Assembly: GCA_963764725.1 (NCBI GenBank)
Contig: CAVXTM010000007.1
Span: 1 to 64,000 of the forward strand
Direction: 5' to 3'
From: an uncultured Gammaproteobacteria bacterium
Lineage (GTDB): Bacteria; Pseudomonadota; Gammaproteobacteria; JACCXJ01
DNA: 64,000 bases
The notes under the pieces: model-generated
The model's input: only the letters and a program-made list of their open reading frames with translations
Told to the model about the DNA's origin: nothing
Database searches by the model: none
Made by a program: the position numbers and the translations under genes
In this document: one piece after another, positions 42,836 to 52,852 of the stretch
How the letters are laid out: the number at the start of each line of letters is the position of its first letter
How positions within the stretch are numbered: position 1 is the stretch's first letter

Positions 42836-45424
42836 GTGATGAAAAACGCTGCGGCCGCTGGCGTCGATACGACCGCCTTGGCCTACCAGGTCGGGAAGAA
42901 GCTCGCCGTGCACATCGGCGCGCTGGTGAGCCTGGCAATCGTCACGCTTGCCCTCTGGGTCTTGTATCACACCCTGCACGAGATCCGTCTCCGTGACGTC
43001 ATCAATAGTTTCAACGATCTCCCGGCTGCATCGATCCTCTTAGCGTTCCTGATCACCGCGGTCAGCTACCTCGTCGTCACCGGCTACGACGTCCTCGCAT
43101 TGCACCACCTTCAAAGGCCCTTACCGTACTGGCGCACAGCGCTCGCCTCGTTCCTCGCCTCGGCGTTTGGCAATAACGTTGGGTTCACCATGCTCACCGG
43201 CGGCTCGATAAGGTATCGGATCTATTCGCAAGCGGGGCTCTCGGCGATCGAGATCGCCGGCGTCACCACCATGTGCTCCCTGACCACCGTGATGGGGATG
43301 GTCTTTATCTTCGCGGTGTCGCTGCTGTTTGCGAGCGGGGACGTCAGCGACACCGCGCTTCAACTCCCGCCGGGCGTGCGCCGCTACGTGGGCTTTTCCA
43401 TCATGGCCGTGATAGTGGGGTACTTGATCGTGTCCGCCCTACGCCCGATCACTTTCACCACCGACAATTGGTCGCTGCGGCTCCCGACCGCCAAGACCGC
43501 CTTGGCGCAAGGCGGGCTGGCGACGCTCGACCTGCTGCTTGTCGGCACCCTGATTTATACCCTGCTGCCAACGCATGCGGGAACCGACTTTATTAGCTTT
43601 TTAGGCATCTTCGCGCTCGCCATGATGGCCGGTAGCATGAGCAACGTCCCGGGCGGCATCGGGGTGTTCGAGACCGTACTGCTGCTCGGTCTTCCCGAGA
43701 TCCCGCCCGCCGCGCTGCTAGGTTCCGTGCTCTTGTTCCGATGCGTATATTACCTCTCGCCCTTGAGCCTTGCGGCCATCCTGTTCGCCGCCTACGAGCT
43801 GGTCGTGCGGCGCGCCCGCATTCTTCGCATCCGCGGCGCCGCCACCGATTGGCTGGCGGAGATTGGTCCTCAGATCATGAGCGTAATTATCGTTTTCGCC
43901 GGCATCGTCCTGCTTTTTTCGGGCGCCATACCCACCTACGGCGAGCGCCTACGGATCCTGCATGACTCCGTGCCGCTTGGCATTGTCGAGATCGCCCATC
44001 TCGTCGCTAGCGCGGCGGGGATTGGGCTCATTATCCTCGCGCGCGGTATTTCCCGGCGCTTATCCAGGGCCTATGGTCTCTCGGCGCTACTACTCGGGCT
44101 CGGGATCCCAGCCGTCCTGCTTAAGGGCTTGGACTACCAGGAAGCCGTCATTCTCGCTACTGTCCTCATCGTGCTGCTACCCACGCGCAGGGAGTTTCAC
44201 CGTCACTCTTCTCTGTTTAGCCAGGGGTTTACCGTGGAATGGGTCTCCGCGCTAACGGCGATCCTAGCGGTCACGGTTTGGCTCGGGCTCTTCAATTTTA
44301 AGCATCTGATCTACTCGCACGAGCTTTGGTGGCAATTCGCCTACGATGCCGATCTGCCGCGCTTCCTGCGCGCTATGTTCCTCGTCTTCGGGATCACGAG
44401 CGGCGTCATGCTTTTTAACCTACTCCGCCCGGACCCGGTACCCGAGCCTCTACATGATCTCGACAAAGTCCGGCGTATCGTGCGAACAGACCCCGATACG
44501 CGGGCGAACATCGCCCTTCTCGGCGACAAGCGCTTGCTTTTCAGCCACTCAGGAAATGCCTTCATCATGTACCAGGTCCAAGGCAAGAGCTGGGTCGCCT
44601 TGGGGGACCCCGTAGGCGCGCCGGACGAGCGGTCGCAGTTGCTCTGGACCTACCGCGAGCTATGTGACCGCTACGGCGGCTGGGCCGTGTTTTACTTGGT
44701 GGATGCCGCCAACCTTTCCCTGTACGTCGACCTCGGACTCTCGCTCCTCAAGCTCGGGGATGAGGCTCGAGTGCGCTTGGATGAATTTTCACCCCTCAAC
44801 GTCGCCAGCGCCCAATTGCGTGAGATACACCGCGAGCTTCGCGAGCAAGGCATGCGTTTCGACATGGTGCGCTCCGCCGATGTCGCCCCGCTGCTCCCGG
44901 AGCTAAGAGAGGTCTCCGAGGCCTGGCTTCACGAAAAGCAAGCCCGTGAACAGGGCTTCTCTAAGGGATACTTCGACGAGAGTTACATTGGCCGGCTGCC
45001 CATCGCCGTGGTCCGCGCTGGGCAGCGCATCGTCGCCTTTGCTATCTTGTGGGCCAGCCGCAACAAAGAGGAACTGGCGCTTGACCTCATGCGTTACCAT
45101 CCCGATGCCCCGGCCGGGGTCATCGATTATCTCTTAGTCGAGCTCATGCTCGGCGGCAAGGCGCAAGCTTATCGCTGGTTCAACCTCGGGATCGCCCCGC
45201 TCTCAAACTTCGACGCACACCCCCTCGCGCCCCTTTGGCAACGTGTCGGTAAGCTCATGTACCGGCAGAGCGAGCACTTCCAGAACATCGAAAGCCTGCG
45301 CCGTTACGAAGAGAACTTCAAACCCGTATGGCGCCCAAAATACCTGGCCTCGCCGGGGGGCCTGAATCTGCCGAGGATCCTCCGGGACATCGGGCGCTTG
45401 ATCGCGGACGGTCAAAGGGTGTAG
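42836..45424 (+). CDS. mprF: Bifunctional aminoacyl-phosphatidylglycerol flippase/synthase
   Basis: GYD, GGSIRYRIYS and PGGIGVFE (flippase); ALLGDK, ALGDPVG, DLMR, FNLGIAPL and F.PVWRPKYL (synthase). Confidence 0.93.
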   Translation: MMKNAAAAGVDTTALAYQVGKKLAVHIGALVSLAIVTLALWVLYHTLHEIRLRDVINSFNDLPAASILLAFLITAVSYLVVTGYDVLALHHLQRPLPYWRTALASFLASAFGNNVGFTMLTGGSIRYRIYSQAGLSAIEIAGVTTMCSLTTVMGMVFIFAVSLLFASGDVSDTALQLPPGVRRYVGFSIMAVIVGYLIVSALRPITFTTDNWSLRLPTAKTALAQGGLATLDLLLVGTLIYTLLPTHAGTDFISFLGIFALAMMAGSMSNVPGGIGVFETVLLLGLPEIPPAALLGSVLLFRCVYYLSPLSLAAILFAAYELVVRRARILRIRGAATDWLAEIGPQIMSVIIVFAGIVLLFSGAIPTYGERLRILHDSVPLGIVEIAHLVASAAGIGLIILARGISRRLSRAYGLSALLLGLGIPAVLLKGLDYQEAVILATVLIVLLPTRREFHRHSSLFSQGFTVEWVSALTAILAVTVWLGLFNFKHLIYSHELWWQFAYDADLPRFLRAMFLVFGITSGVMLFNLLRPDPVPEPLHDLDKVRRIVRTDPDTRANIALLGDKRLLFSHSGNAFIMYQVQGKSWVALGDPVGAPDERSQLLWTYRELCDRYGGWAVFYLVDAANLSLYVDLGLSLLKLGDEARVRLDEFSPLNVASAQLREIHRELREQGMRFDMVRSADVAPLLPELREVSEAWLHEKQAREQGFSKGYFDESYIGRLPIAVVRAGQRIVAFAILWASRNKEELALDLMRYHPDAPAGVIDYLLVELMLGGKAQAYRWFNLGIAPLSNFDAHPLAPLWQRVGKLMYRQSEHFQNIESLRRYEENFKPVWRPKYLASPGGLNLPRILRDIGRLIADGQRV

Positions 45425-45442
45425 CCGGATGCTAGACCAGGC

Positions 45443-46571
45443 ATGAAAAACTACAAGATTGCGTTGGTGAGTGACTGGTACTATCCGCGGGTGGGCGGTA
45501 TCGAGTACGCGATCGACGCGCTGGGCCGCGGGCTTGTCACGCTTGGTCACGAGGTACACATTATCGCGCGGCTTTACGGCCGCGCCTCGGCGAGCGAGAC
45601 CAGCAATGGCCTACCGATCGTAAGGCTGGAGAGTTGCCCGCTATCGGAGTATCTCTTGTCTCCGCGGGGATATAGATCCCTGCGAGATATCTTGCGCGCA
45701 GGGGATTTCGATATCATTCATAGCCACGGCCTCGACTCGCCGATGGCGATGGTGTCTCTCACTATCGCCGCCAAGCTCGGGATCCCGAGCATTATCACCA
45801 GCCATTCGCTGCTGGGAGAGTCGCTTTCACAACGCGCCCTCTCATCGGGCGCAAAGGTTGTTCTCCGGCCTGCACAAGCGATCATCGCCGTAAGCTCTCC
45901 CGTCGAGCGCCAGGCACGGGCGATGTTCAGGGGTGCGGTCTTTCGCATCCCGAACGGTATCGATACGAACTCGCCCAACGGAGCGCTGCAACCCATCGCC
46001 CTGCCCCAAGGCCATGGGCCGGTCGTCGCCACAGTGGCGCGCATGAATAAACGCAAAGGCGTGCAGGATCTCATCACCGTCGCCACGATGTTAGTACCAA
46101 AAGCACCCGGATCTCCTGTTCCTTATGGTCGGCGATGGACCCCTGCGACTGCGGCTCGAACAAGGGATCCAGGCGTCAGGGCTCGGCCGGCATTTCCTGT
46201 TTACCGGTGGCGTTTCCCGCGCGACCGTGTTACACCTTCTGGGCCAGTCCGATGTCTTCGTCTCGCCTTCGCCGCGCGAGGCCTTCGGGATCTGCGTGCT
46301 CGAGGCGTTTCTGAAAAAGGTCCCGGTCGTGGCCCGCGGAAACACCGGGGTTTCAGACATCATTAGCCACCAGCAGACGGGCTTCCTTGCGGACGACGTG
46401 GCCGGCATTGCACACTATATTGATACGCTCATCCAGGACCCGGAACTGCGTTCGGCCGTCGCTCGCCGGGCTCACGAAGAGCTCGACAAATACCAGTGGA
46501 ACACGGTCGCCAGGCAGGTTGAGCAGGTTTATGCGCATGCCACTCGTGAAACGGGCCGTTATTTCGGTTGA
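45443..46571 (+). CDS. GT4 glycosyltransferase, PIG-A/archaeal GlcNAc-PI transferase-like; one frameshift
   Basis: KIALVSDWYYPRVGG, IIHSH, ITSHSL, IPNGID, KG, VGDGP and EAFGICVLEA. Removing one A from the run at ~46099-46102 joins ORFs 45443 and 46125. Confidence 0.85.
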
Positions 46572-47320
46572 TGTAGAGCAAGACTGTCCGCCATTCCTCG
46601 ATTCGATGCGCGGGGTCGAGGAGGGCTTGCCGCGGCTGTGCGCGATGTTCGCGGCCGAAAGCGTATCGGCAACGTTCTTTTCCACCGGCCGGATCGCCGA
46701 GCTATATCCGGAACGCATCAGGGATATCTGCGCCGGAGGCCATGAGCTGGGCGGTCACGGTTATTCACACCGGCGTTTCGATCACATGGAGAATGCAGAG
46801 GCAAGGACCGATCTGGCAAAGACGCGACAGGCGCTCGAGCCGTTCAATTCTCAGTTAACTTCCTTCCGTGCGCCCAATCTGCGACTGCCGGCACGCTATG
46901 TGTCTCTCCTCGGCGCCCACGGCTTCCATGTCGATTCATCGCTGGCCGCTTACAAACCCCCTTTCGCGCGCACAACCGTGGTCGCAAACGGCATCACACG
47001 CGTTCCTGTGTCCGTGACCTCCTCCGTACTGCGGCTGCCGCTACCACTCGTCAAGGCCGTGCTCGGGCGGGTGCGCGACCCGGTGCTGTTCGTGCACCCC
47101 TGGGAGTTCGTCGATATGTCGCGAGACGGGGATCCGCCTCGATTGCCGCTTCAATACGGGCGAGCCGGCGCTCGCAAACCTAAGTGCGATCATTCGCTGG
47201 CTCAAAGAGACCGGCTACCGATTCCTGACCTTAAGCGAGTTTGCCTCTCAGAGCCACGCGGGATGGATCAGAAGGGTAAGATACGCGAGCGTATCGCCGA
47301 GGCGCCGGCTTAAAGCGTAA
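46537..47320 (+). CDS. NodB-type polysaccharide deacetylase; one frameshift near 47130
   Basis: SVDVEQDCPP, ATFF, GHELGGHGYSH, SFRAP, DSS and HPWEF motifs; the tail IRLDCRFNTG...GYRFLTL lies in the next frame. Confidence 0.85.
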
Positions 47321-48003
47321 CCACGGCTCGCCAGCATCGCCTGGCACCGTTTGCGTTCCACTTGGCGCATATATTCGTGCTCATAAAGCAGCACCCGCGG
47401 CTGCCCGCTTTCAAAGTCTATCTGCCGGAGGATTTCGTGGTCGTGACCTTCGGTATCGATGCAGAGAACATCGACGCGGGTAACGGCATGTTTCCGCAGT
47501 AAGGAGCTCAAGGTCACGCAGTGCACGATCTCCTCGACAACGTAGCGGTCGAGGTCGGGGATCGCCCAGCGGTGGGACAGCAGTACCTCGCGATGAAAGC
47601 TCCCCAAGCCCGCGCACCACTGAGGTAAATACTCACAATCCTCCCGGATGCGAAACAACGCCCGTTGCTCTTCGCGGTGCGAAATAGCGGCGTTCTCAAA
47701 GATGAGATTCGGGTGAGCGCGATAATTTTCTTGGAGCCTTGCGAAATAACACCGCACCGGCTCGACCAATAGCCCCGGCCAGCGGTAACGCCGCACGTAG
47801 TGGTAGAGGGGATCGTAGATCACGCCGTCGTTGGCCCCGATCTGGATAAAAAACAAGTCCGGTATGGTAGCGGCGCAGTGGTCCATCACCTTGCGCAAGG
47901 TCGGCCACGGCGGCAATCGGCATAAGAGGTCGAATAGCTTGACGAGACCCAAGCGAAGCTTGAGCCGGGTGTCGAGCGGTGGCACGCTCAGGGCGGGCGG
48001 CAT
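47248..48003 (-). CDS. FkbM-family methyltransferase
   Basis: FIQIGANDG, LLVEP, ENAAIS and IDTEGHD motifs. Confidence 0.88.
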   Translation of the reverse strand: MPPALSVPPLDTRLKLRLGLVKLFDLLCRLPPWPTLRKVMDHCAATIPDLFFIQIGANDGVIYDPLYHYVRRYRWPGLLVEPVRCYFARLQENYRAHPNLIFENAAISHREEQRALFRIREDCEYLPQWCAGLGSFHREVLLSHRWAIPDLDRYVVEEIVHCVTLSSLLRKHAVTRVDVLCIDTEGHDHEILRQIDFESGQPRVLLYEHEYMRQVERKRCQAMLASRGYALSRRLGDTLAYLTLLIHPAWL

Positions 48004-48006
48004 GCG

Positions 48007-48672
48007 CTAAGCACGCGCAAGCAAGCTACGGTAGACCAGCAGCGTCCTTTGCCCGGCCGTCCACAGCGTCGCTAAGGCGAGAAGATAAATCACTTCGACC
48101 AAGAGGCCTGAGAGGAGACCAATGACCAGCAAGATCACCCGCTCCGGCCGAGTGACTAACCCTTCCGCGCATGCTATCCCCAAGATTTCCGCACGCGCCC
48201 GGACATAACTCGTCATCATCCCGCCGAACATCGCGATGAATACCGCCGCCGCGGCAAATCCGCGGCCTTCCTCCGCGAAGCGGTAGGCGATCGCTGCGAA
48301 CATGCTCGCTTCCCCAACGCGATCGAGGAGCGAATCGAGAAACCCGCCCAGTTCCGTCACTCGACCTGTGATCCGCGCGAGCATACCGTCGACCATATCG
48401 AACGAGCCGGCGCCCCAGAAAAGCAGACCGGCGGCCACTGGGTATCCAAGCAAGAATACCCAGCTCGCGACAATGGCCACCAGGCAACTGACGAGCGTCA
48501 CTTGGTTCGGCGACACGCCACAGCGGGCTAATCCGCGGGCGACCGCATCCGCCAAGGCGAGCACCCCGCGCTTCGGATAGCCGCCTATCAGAATAGCGAG
48601 CCGCCATCTTTTTGTGAGCGCCGAGATCATGGTTTCAGGCCAAACGTAATCGCAGGTGACAACTTCCTTCAC
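48007..48672 (-). CDS. CDP-alcohol phosphatidyltransferase, phosphatidylinositol-phosphate synthase type
   Basis: SPNQVT and DxxDGxxAR...GxxLDxxxDR, plus SYVRARAE and RPER typical of PIP/AIP synthases; immediately downstream of ino1. Confidence 0.85.
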   Translation of the reverse strand: MKEVVTCDYVWPETMISALTKRWRLAILIGGYPKRGVLALADAVARGLARCGVSPNQVTLVSCLVAIVASWVFLLGYPVAAGLLFWGAGSFDMVDGMLARITGRVTELGGFLDSLLDRVGEASMFAAIAYRFAEEGRGFAAAAVFIAMFGGMMTSYVRARAEILGIACAEGLVTRPERVILLVIGLLSGLLVEVIYLLALATLWTAGQRTLLVYRSLLARA

Positions 48673-48698
48673 GCTAGCGTGAAGGGCCGGCGGGATGC

Positions 48699-49859
48699 CT
48701 ATGCGATGGCCGCCGGGACCTCCCGCCGAGTCTGATCGGCAAGCTCATGGGGATCTCGAAAACCGCCTTTGATGAAGGCTTCCGTCATCCTAAAGGCCTC
48801 ATCGTCCTGAACCTGAAACGGCGGATGTTTGTAAAAAAAAGCCGAGGGCGCGTGCAACACCCCAGATTGACCTCGCTCCAGCGCCAGTTTGGCGCAACGA
48901 ATGGCGTCGATGGCGACCCCCGCAGAGTTCGGCGAGTCTTCCACCGACAGCCTTAACTCGATATTTACTGGGACATCCCCGAAGATCCGACCTTCCATGC
49001 GAACGAAACACACTTTGTTGTCTTTCTGCCACGGGACGAAGTCACTCGGGCCGATATGGATGTTCTCCTCGGACAATCTCTCCCCCGCGACCGATTGGAC
49101 CGCTTCGGTTTTGGAGCGTTTTTTCGATTTCACCCTTGCACGGTTCAGCATATTGAGGAAATCCGTATTACCGCCGGTATTGAGCTGGTAGGTGCGCTCC
49201 AGCTTCACGCCGCGTTTACGGAAGAGATCCGTGAGCACGCGGTGGGTAATGGTTGCCCCCAACTGGGATTTGATATCGTCGCCGATGAGCGGCAGCCGGG
49301 CTTCGTGAAAGCGGCGCGCCCATACCGGATCACTGGCGATGAAAACAGGAATATTATTGACCAAGGCCAAGCCCGCCTTCAAGGCGCAACCGGCATAAAA
49401 GCGTGTCGCGTCCTCGGAACCGACCGGCAGGTAATTGACCAGTATCTCGGCGCCTGACTCCGACAATGCGCGCACCACGTCTTCTTCGCTCGGCTCGGGC
49501 GCAAATGCGGTGACGAAGCTATGCCGCTCATCGTAATCGTGCATGTGCTCGGAAACCCCATCGAGCACACGGCCCATGCGCACCGTGACACCGGCTCTGG
49601 CGATGTCCCGATGAAACACCTGGGTACAGTTCGGCGGCGCAAAGATCGCTTGCGCGAGATCCTGGCCCACTTTACGCTTATCGATGTCGAAGGCCGCGAC
49701 AACCTCGAGATCCCGCGGGAGGTACCCGCCGATGTCCCAGTGCATTAAGCCGACGGCCTCCTCCGGATTTTTCTCCGCATAGTAATGAATACCCTGGATC
49801 AGCGAAGAGGCGCAATTTCCAATGCCCACCACTGCCAGCTTGACCTTTTTGTTGTTCAT
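48699..49859 (-). CDS. ino1: myo-Inositol-3-phosphate synthase
   Basis: GIGNCASSL, NYLPVGS, GDDIKSQ.GAT, QLNTGGNTDFLNM and EDSPNSAG motifs. Confidence 0.96.
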   Translation of the reverse strand: MNNKKVKLAVVGIGNCASSLIQGIHYYAEKNPEEAVGLMHWDIGGYLPRDLEVVAAFDIDKRKVGQDLAQAIFAPPNCTQVFHRDIARAGVTVRMGRVLDGVSEHMHDYDERHSFVTAFAPEPSEEDVVRALSESGAEILVNYLPVGSEDATRFYAGCALKAGLALVNNIPVFIASDPVWARRFHEARLPLIGDDIKSQLGATITHRVLTDLFRKRGVKLERTYQLNTGGNTDFLNMLNRARVKSKKRSKTEAVQSVAGERLSEENIHIGPSDFVPWQKDNKVCFVRMEGRIFGDVPVNIELRLSVEDSPNSAGVAIDAIRCAKLALERGQSGVLHAPSAFFYKHPPFQVQDDEAFRMTEAFIKGGFRDPHELADQTRREVPAAIA

Positions 49860-49954
49860 TATTCGTTACCCTTATAGCCATACTCAGCGCTAAACAAAGT
49901 GCGTCGATGGTGACTTTAGGCGCCCTTCGGGGGTAAAGCAAGCGTGCAGAAATC

Positions 49955-50068
49955 AATATACTGCGCGGGCAGGGTATTAACCCCGCCCTTGACCAAAGGG
50001 GAGAGTCGCGCTTCCCCTTCGGAAACCCCATCGCTAAGGTACCCGCGGCAAGACTGCGGGGTATGCGT
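49955..50068 (-). repeat. Three-hairpin intergenic repeat, copy C
   Basis: Reverse complement ATACCCCGCAGTCTTGCCGCGGGTACCTTAGCGATGGGGTTTCCGAAGGGGAAGCGCGACTCTCCCCTTTGGTCAAGGGCGGGGTTAATACCCTGCCC. Confidence 0.88.
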
Positions 50069-50110
50069 TTCATAAGAGCGTGGGACTCTGCGACGCACTA
50101 TGCAGTCAAA

Positions 50111-52246
50111 TCATGCGGCTCCTGGTTCTTTGCCGAGGGCCACCCCGGAGCGGCGCTCCTCTAGCATACGCTTGACGTAGTGCGCGGTTTCGGCCGCGGC
50201 GCGCTCCGGGCGCTTGCCATGGGCGTGGATACCGCAAACCGCGGTAGTGCAGGAATGATCGAGCCCTGGGTCCCACCGCGGGCGGCCCGCCGCATCGCGG
50301 CCATAGGTCAAGTAGGCGGAAAGTGTATCGAGACCGGTTCCGGGACGCTCCCCGATAAAATGCACGATCACGTCCGCACCGATCAAGGCGCCGATATGGT
50401 ATCCGGCCCGCACCCGCCCATCGGTCACGACGATATCGATATCGCCTAGGCGGCAATCGGCCAGGGCGTGCCTAAAGGCAGGCAGGACGGCGCGCAGGTT
50501 TTCGTTGACCGCGTTGGCATTGAGCCCATCGGAAATCACGACTTGCACCTGCGGCTTGCGAGACGGATAGAGGGAGCGCACGGCCGCGCTATCAACGCTC
50601 CGGATGCGTTCACCGGCGGCCGGATGGGCGATGTAATCGTCCCGATTTTCGGCCGCGGATCGCACCCGAAGACGGCGCGGACACACATCACCGACCACGG
50701 CATCTGCCAAGCTGGCGTAAAGCGCGTTACGGGCGTGGGTGTAGATCCCATCCAGCCGTGCCTGAACCTCGGGCGGCGCGGCATACGCTCCGGCATAGCC
50801 GTATCCGAGATCGAAGCCCTTTTGTTGCATTGCCGCAAGCCGCTTGCGTCCTTCCTCGCACAGCAATTCCCTGGCTCGGGTGTCGCCGCCGGCCTTGCGG
50901 TAGGACGCATACAGATCGACCGTAGCCTCGGCCGGCGGCCGGACAGCACCGGCCGCTGACATGACACCGAGATCGGTCAAACGCTTCCGCATCTCGGTCG
51001 TAATGCGGCCGCCGCATAACTCTCTCAAGCGCGGGTGTTGCCGGAATGACGTGGTCATATAACCCAGCATCGGATCCGCATTCCCGGCCACCGCCATCAG
51101 GTAGGCAGGGGCGGCCTCGGCGACGATGGACTGCGTCAGGCTGTGCAATTCTGCCGGGGCGACCCCCATGTGAAAAGTCGAGCAGACATCGAGGCCCATC
51201 GTCAACCCGTGGAGCTTCGCCATGACCGTGTCCTCGAGGCAGGTCCGGCGGAGCTGATCAGGGCTGCTAAAAACCTCGGGACCGATAAATCCGGCCACGT
51301 CGTTCACGATCATCCATGCGGGTCGATCCGGAAAACGCTTGCGTGACGCCTGTCCGATGGCCCTGGCGACGCCGTAGGTACGGGCTTCCAAAGTCACCAT
51401 GTCGACGCCTTCGGCGGCGCCGTTGGTAACCTCCGATCCCTGACCCGTCTCGAAATACAGGCCATCGAACCCGAACGCGAGATCGGCGATCCCACCGACA
51501 TCCAGCCCGACCATGCCGAGCAAGGCCTTGGACGTTCCCGCGAGGCTCTGAAACCCCACATCCACGCGAGTCCGCCGGCGCGCCTCGGTCTGCTTCACGA
51601 TATCGGAGAGCACGCAGTAGCGCGTCGGCAACTCCAGCCGATCCACCACGTTTTGCAGCAGACGTTCCAAGCGCACGATGGTCTCGACATCATCGCTCGC
51701 CGGGTTCAATCCTATGATCACATCGCCGCAGCCGTAGCACAGTCCTTCGAGGATAGAGAACAAGATCTCTTCTTCGTCATCGCCCGGGCTGTTGGGCTGG
51801 ATGCGCGCGCCGAAATGCTCCGACGCCCCGAGGGCGACGCCCTCTGCGGGCCCCGTAGCGGGCAGAGGATTAAACAAGCGCTTGGCGATATGAGAAAGGT
51901 CGGCATTGTCCATCAGCTTGACGACCGCCGCGATCATCTCGCTGCTCAAGCGCGCGCCATACTCACGGGCCCAGCGCGGCCCCGCGGGCGCCAATAAGCT
52001 ATCCTTAACCTGATTGAGCGTGAGACGTGCAATGTCACTGGGAACGGGCTTCAAGGTCCGCAACAGCGATTCGCTGAGGGCATCCTCGACCAGCACGGTC
52101 GCGGCCAGCGTCCGCAGCTTGACGGCGCCAAGTACCCGGCGAGCTTCCGAGCGTACGGCGTTATCACGGGTTCCGCCGACCAAAAGATCCCCTTCCTTGA
52201 AGTCATTCGCGAGGACGAAGAGTTTTTGCAGCGTTTGGCGATCCAC
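50111..52246 (-). CDS. Ethanolamine ammonia-lyase, fused large and small subunits (EutB-EutC)
   Basis: EutB motifs RIQPN, GDVIIGLNP, YFETGQGS, EARTYG and GFIGPE; EutC motifs VISDGLN, GRV and IGERPG...LSAYLTY, all in one 711-aa frame. Confidence 0.85.
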   Translation of the reverse strand: MDRQTLQKLFVLANDFKEGDLLVGGTRDNAVRSEARRVLGAVKLRTLAATVLVEDALSESLLRTLKPVPSDIARLTLNQVKDSLLAPAGPRWAREYGARLSSEMIAAVVKLMDNADLSHIAKRLFNPLPATGPAEGVALGASEHFGARIQPNSPGDDEEEILFSILEGLCYGCGDVIIGLNPASDDVETIVRLERLLQNVVDRLELPTRYCVLSDIVKQTEARRRTRVDVGFQSLAGTSKALLGMVGLDVGGIADLAFGFDGLYFETGQGSEVTNGAAEGVDMVTLEARTYGVARAIGQASRKRFPDRPAWMIVNDVAGFIGPEVFSSPDQLRRTCLEDTVMAKLHGLTMGLDVCSTFHMGVAPAELHSLTQSIVAEAAPAYLMAVAGNADPMLGYMTTSFRQHPRLRELCGGRITTEMRKRLTDLGVMSAAGAVRPPAEATVDLYASYRKAGGDTRARELLCEEGRKRLAAMQQKGFDLGYGYAGAYAAPPEVQARLDGIYTHARNALYASLADAVVGDVCPRRLRVRSAAENRDDYIAHPAAGERIRSVDSAAVRSLYPSRKPQVQVVISDGLNANAVNENLRAVLPAFRHALADCRLGDIDIVVTDGRVRAGYHIGALIGADVIVHFIGERPGTGLDTLSAYLTYGRDAAGRPRWDPGLDHSCTTAVCGIHAHGKRPERAAAETAHYVKRMLEERRSGVALGKEPGAA

Positions 52247-52258
52247 GTGCGGCGGCGA

Positions 52259-52480
52259 TCACTCCCGATCTCGGTGCACGCTGCCGGGAGGAAAGGCCGG
52301 AACGCATACCGCCATGTATTCGGCCCCCCGGGCGTGCTGTACTGGACCCACTCCCCAGCCCGGGGCGATCACGGCCTGCCCGCCGCTGACCTCGATGACG
52401 CTGCTTTTTGTCGTAACCCACAGGCTGCCCCGTAGCACCACGGTGTATTCATCGACTTCGGGTGTTTGGCCCGGCGACGA
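52259..52480 (-). pseudogene. Cupin-domain protein fragment
   Basis: GQTPEVDEYTVVLRG...GQAVI...GAEYMAVCVPAF.P..VHRD; N-terminus missing and internal frame disturbance. Confidence 0.55.
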
Positions 52481-52576
52481 TTGGAAAGACAGAAAATCGT
52501 GCGTCAACCGGCGCGAGCGCGCCGTGCCGCGCCGCAACGCACGGATAAAGGCGCATCAATTTTTTCGGACAACCGA

Positions 52577-52852
52577 TCAGAACCGTTTGGGTCTCCTGGG
52601 GCGATCATCGGTTTTCGGTCTGGCCACATTGACCGTGATATTCCTTCCACTAAGCATCGACCCATTGAGCTCTTTAATGGCTTTCTCAGCTTCGGCCTGG
52701 ATGGGCATCTCGACGAACGCGAAGCCCTTGGACTGGCTGCTGAATTTGTCCGTGATGATCTTAGCTGACTCGACTTGGCCGAATGCGGCAAACGCATTGC
52801 GCAGTTCATCGTCCGTGACCCGATACGACAAGTTACCGACATAAATATTCAT
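52577..52852 (-). CDS. RRM RNA-binding protein
   Basis: RNP2 IYVGNL and RNP1 KGFAFVEM. Confidence 0.95.
   Translation of the reverse strand: MNIYVGNLSYRVTDDELRNAFAAFGQVESAKIITDKFSSQSKGFAFVEMPIQAEAEKAIKELNGSMLSGRNITVNVARPKTDDRPRRPKRF

Noticed and set aside
45443-49859. Mycothiol or di-myo-inositol-phosphate pathway as the cluster product
   Set aside because: No MshC/MshD or inositol-phosphate cytidylyltransferase; the deacetylase is NodB-type, not MshB/PIG-L; linkage to MprF favours a lipid. Not fully excluded
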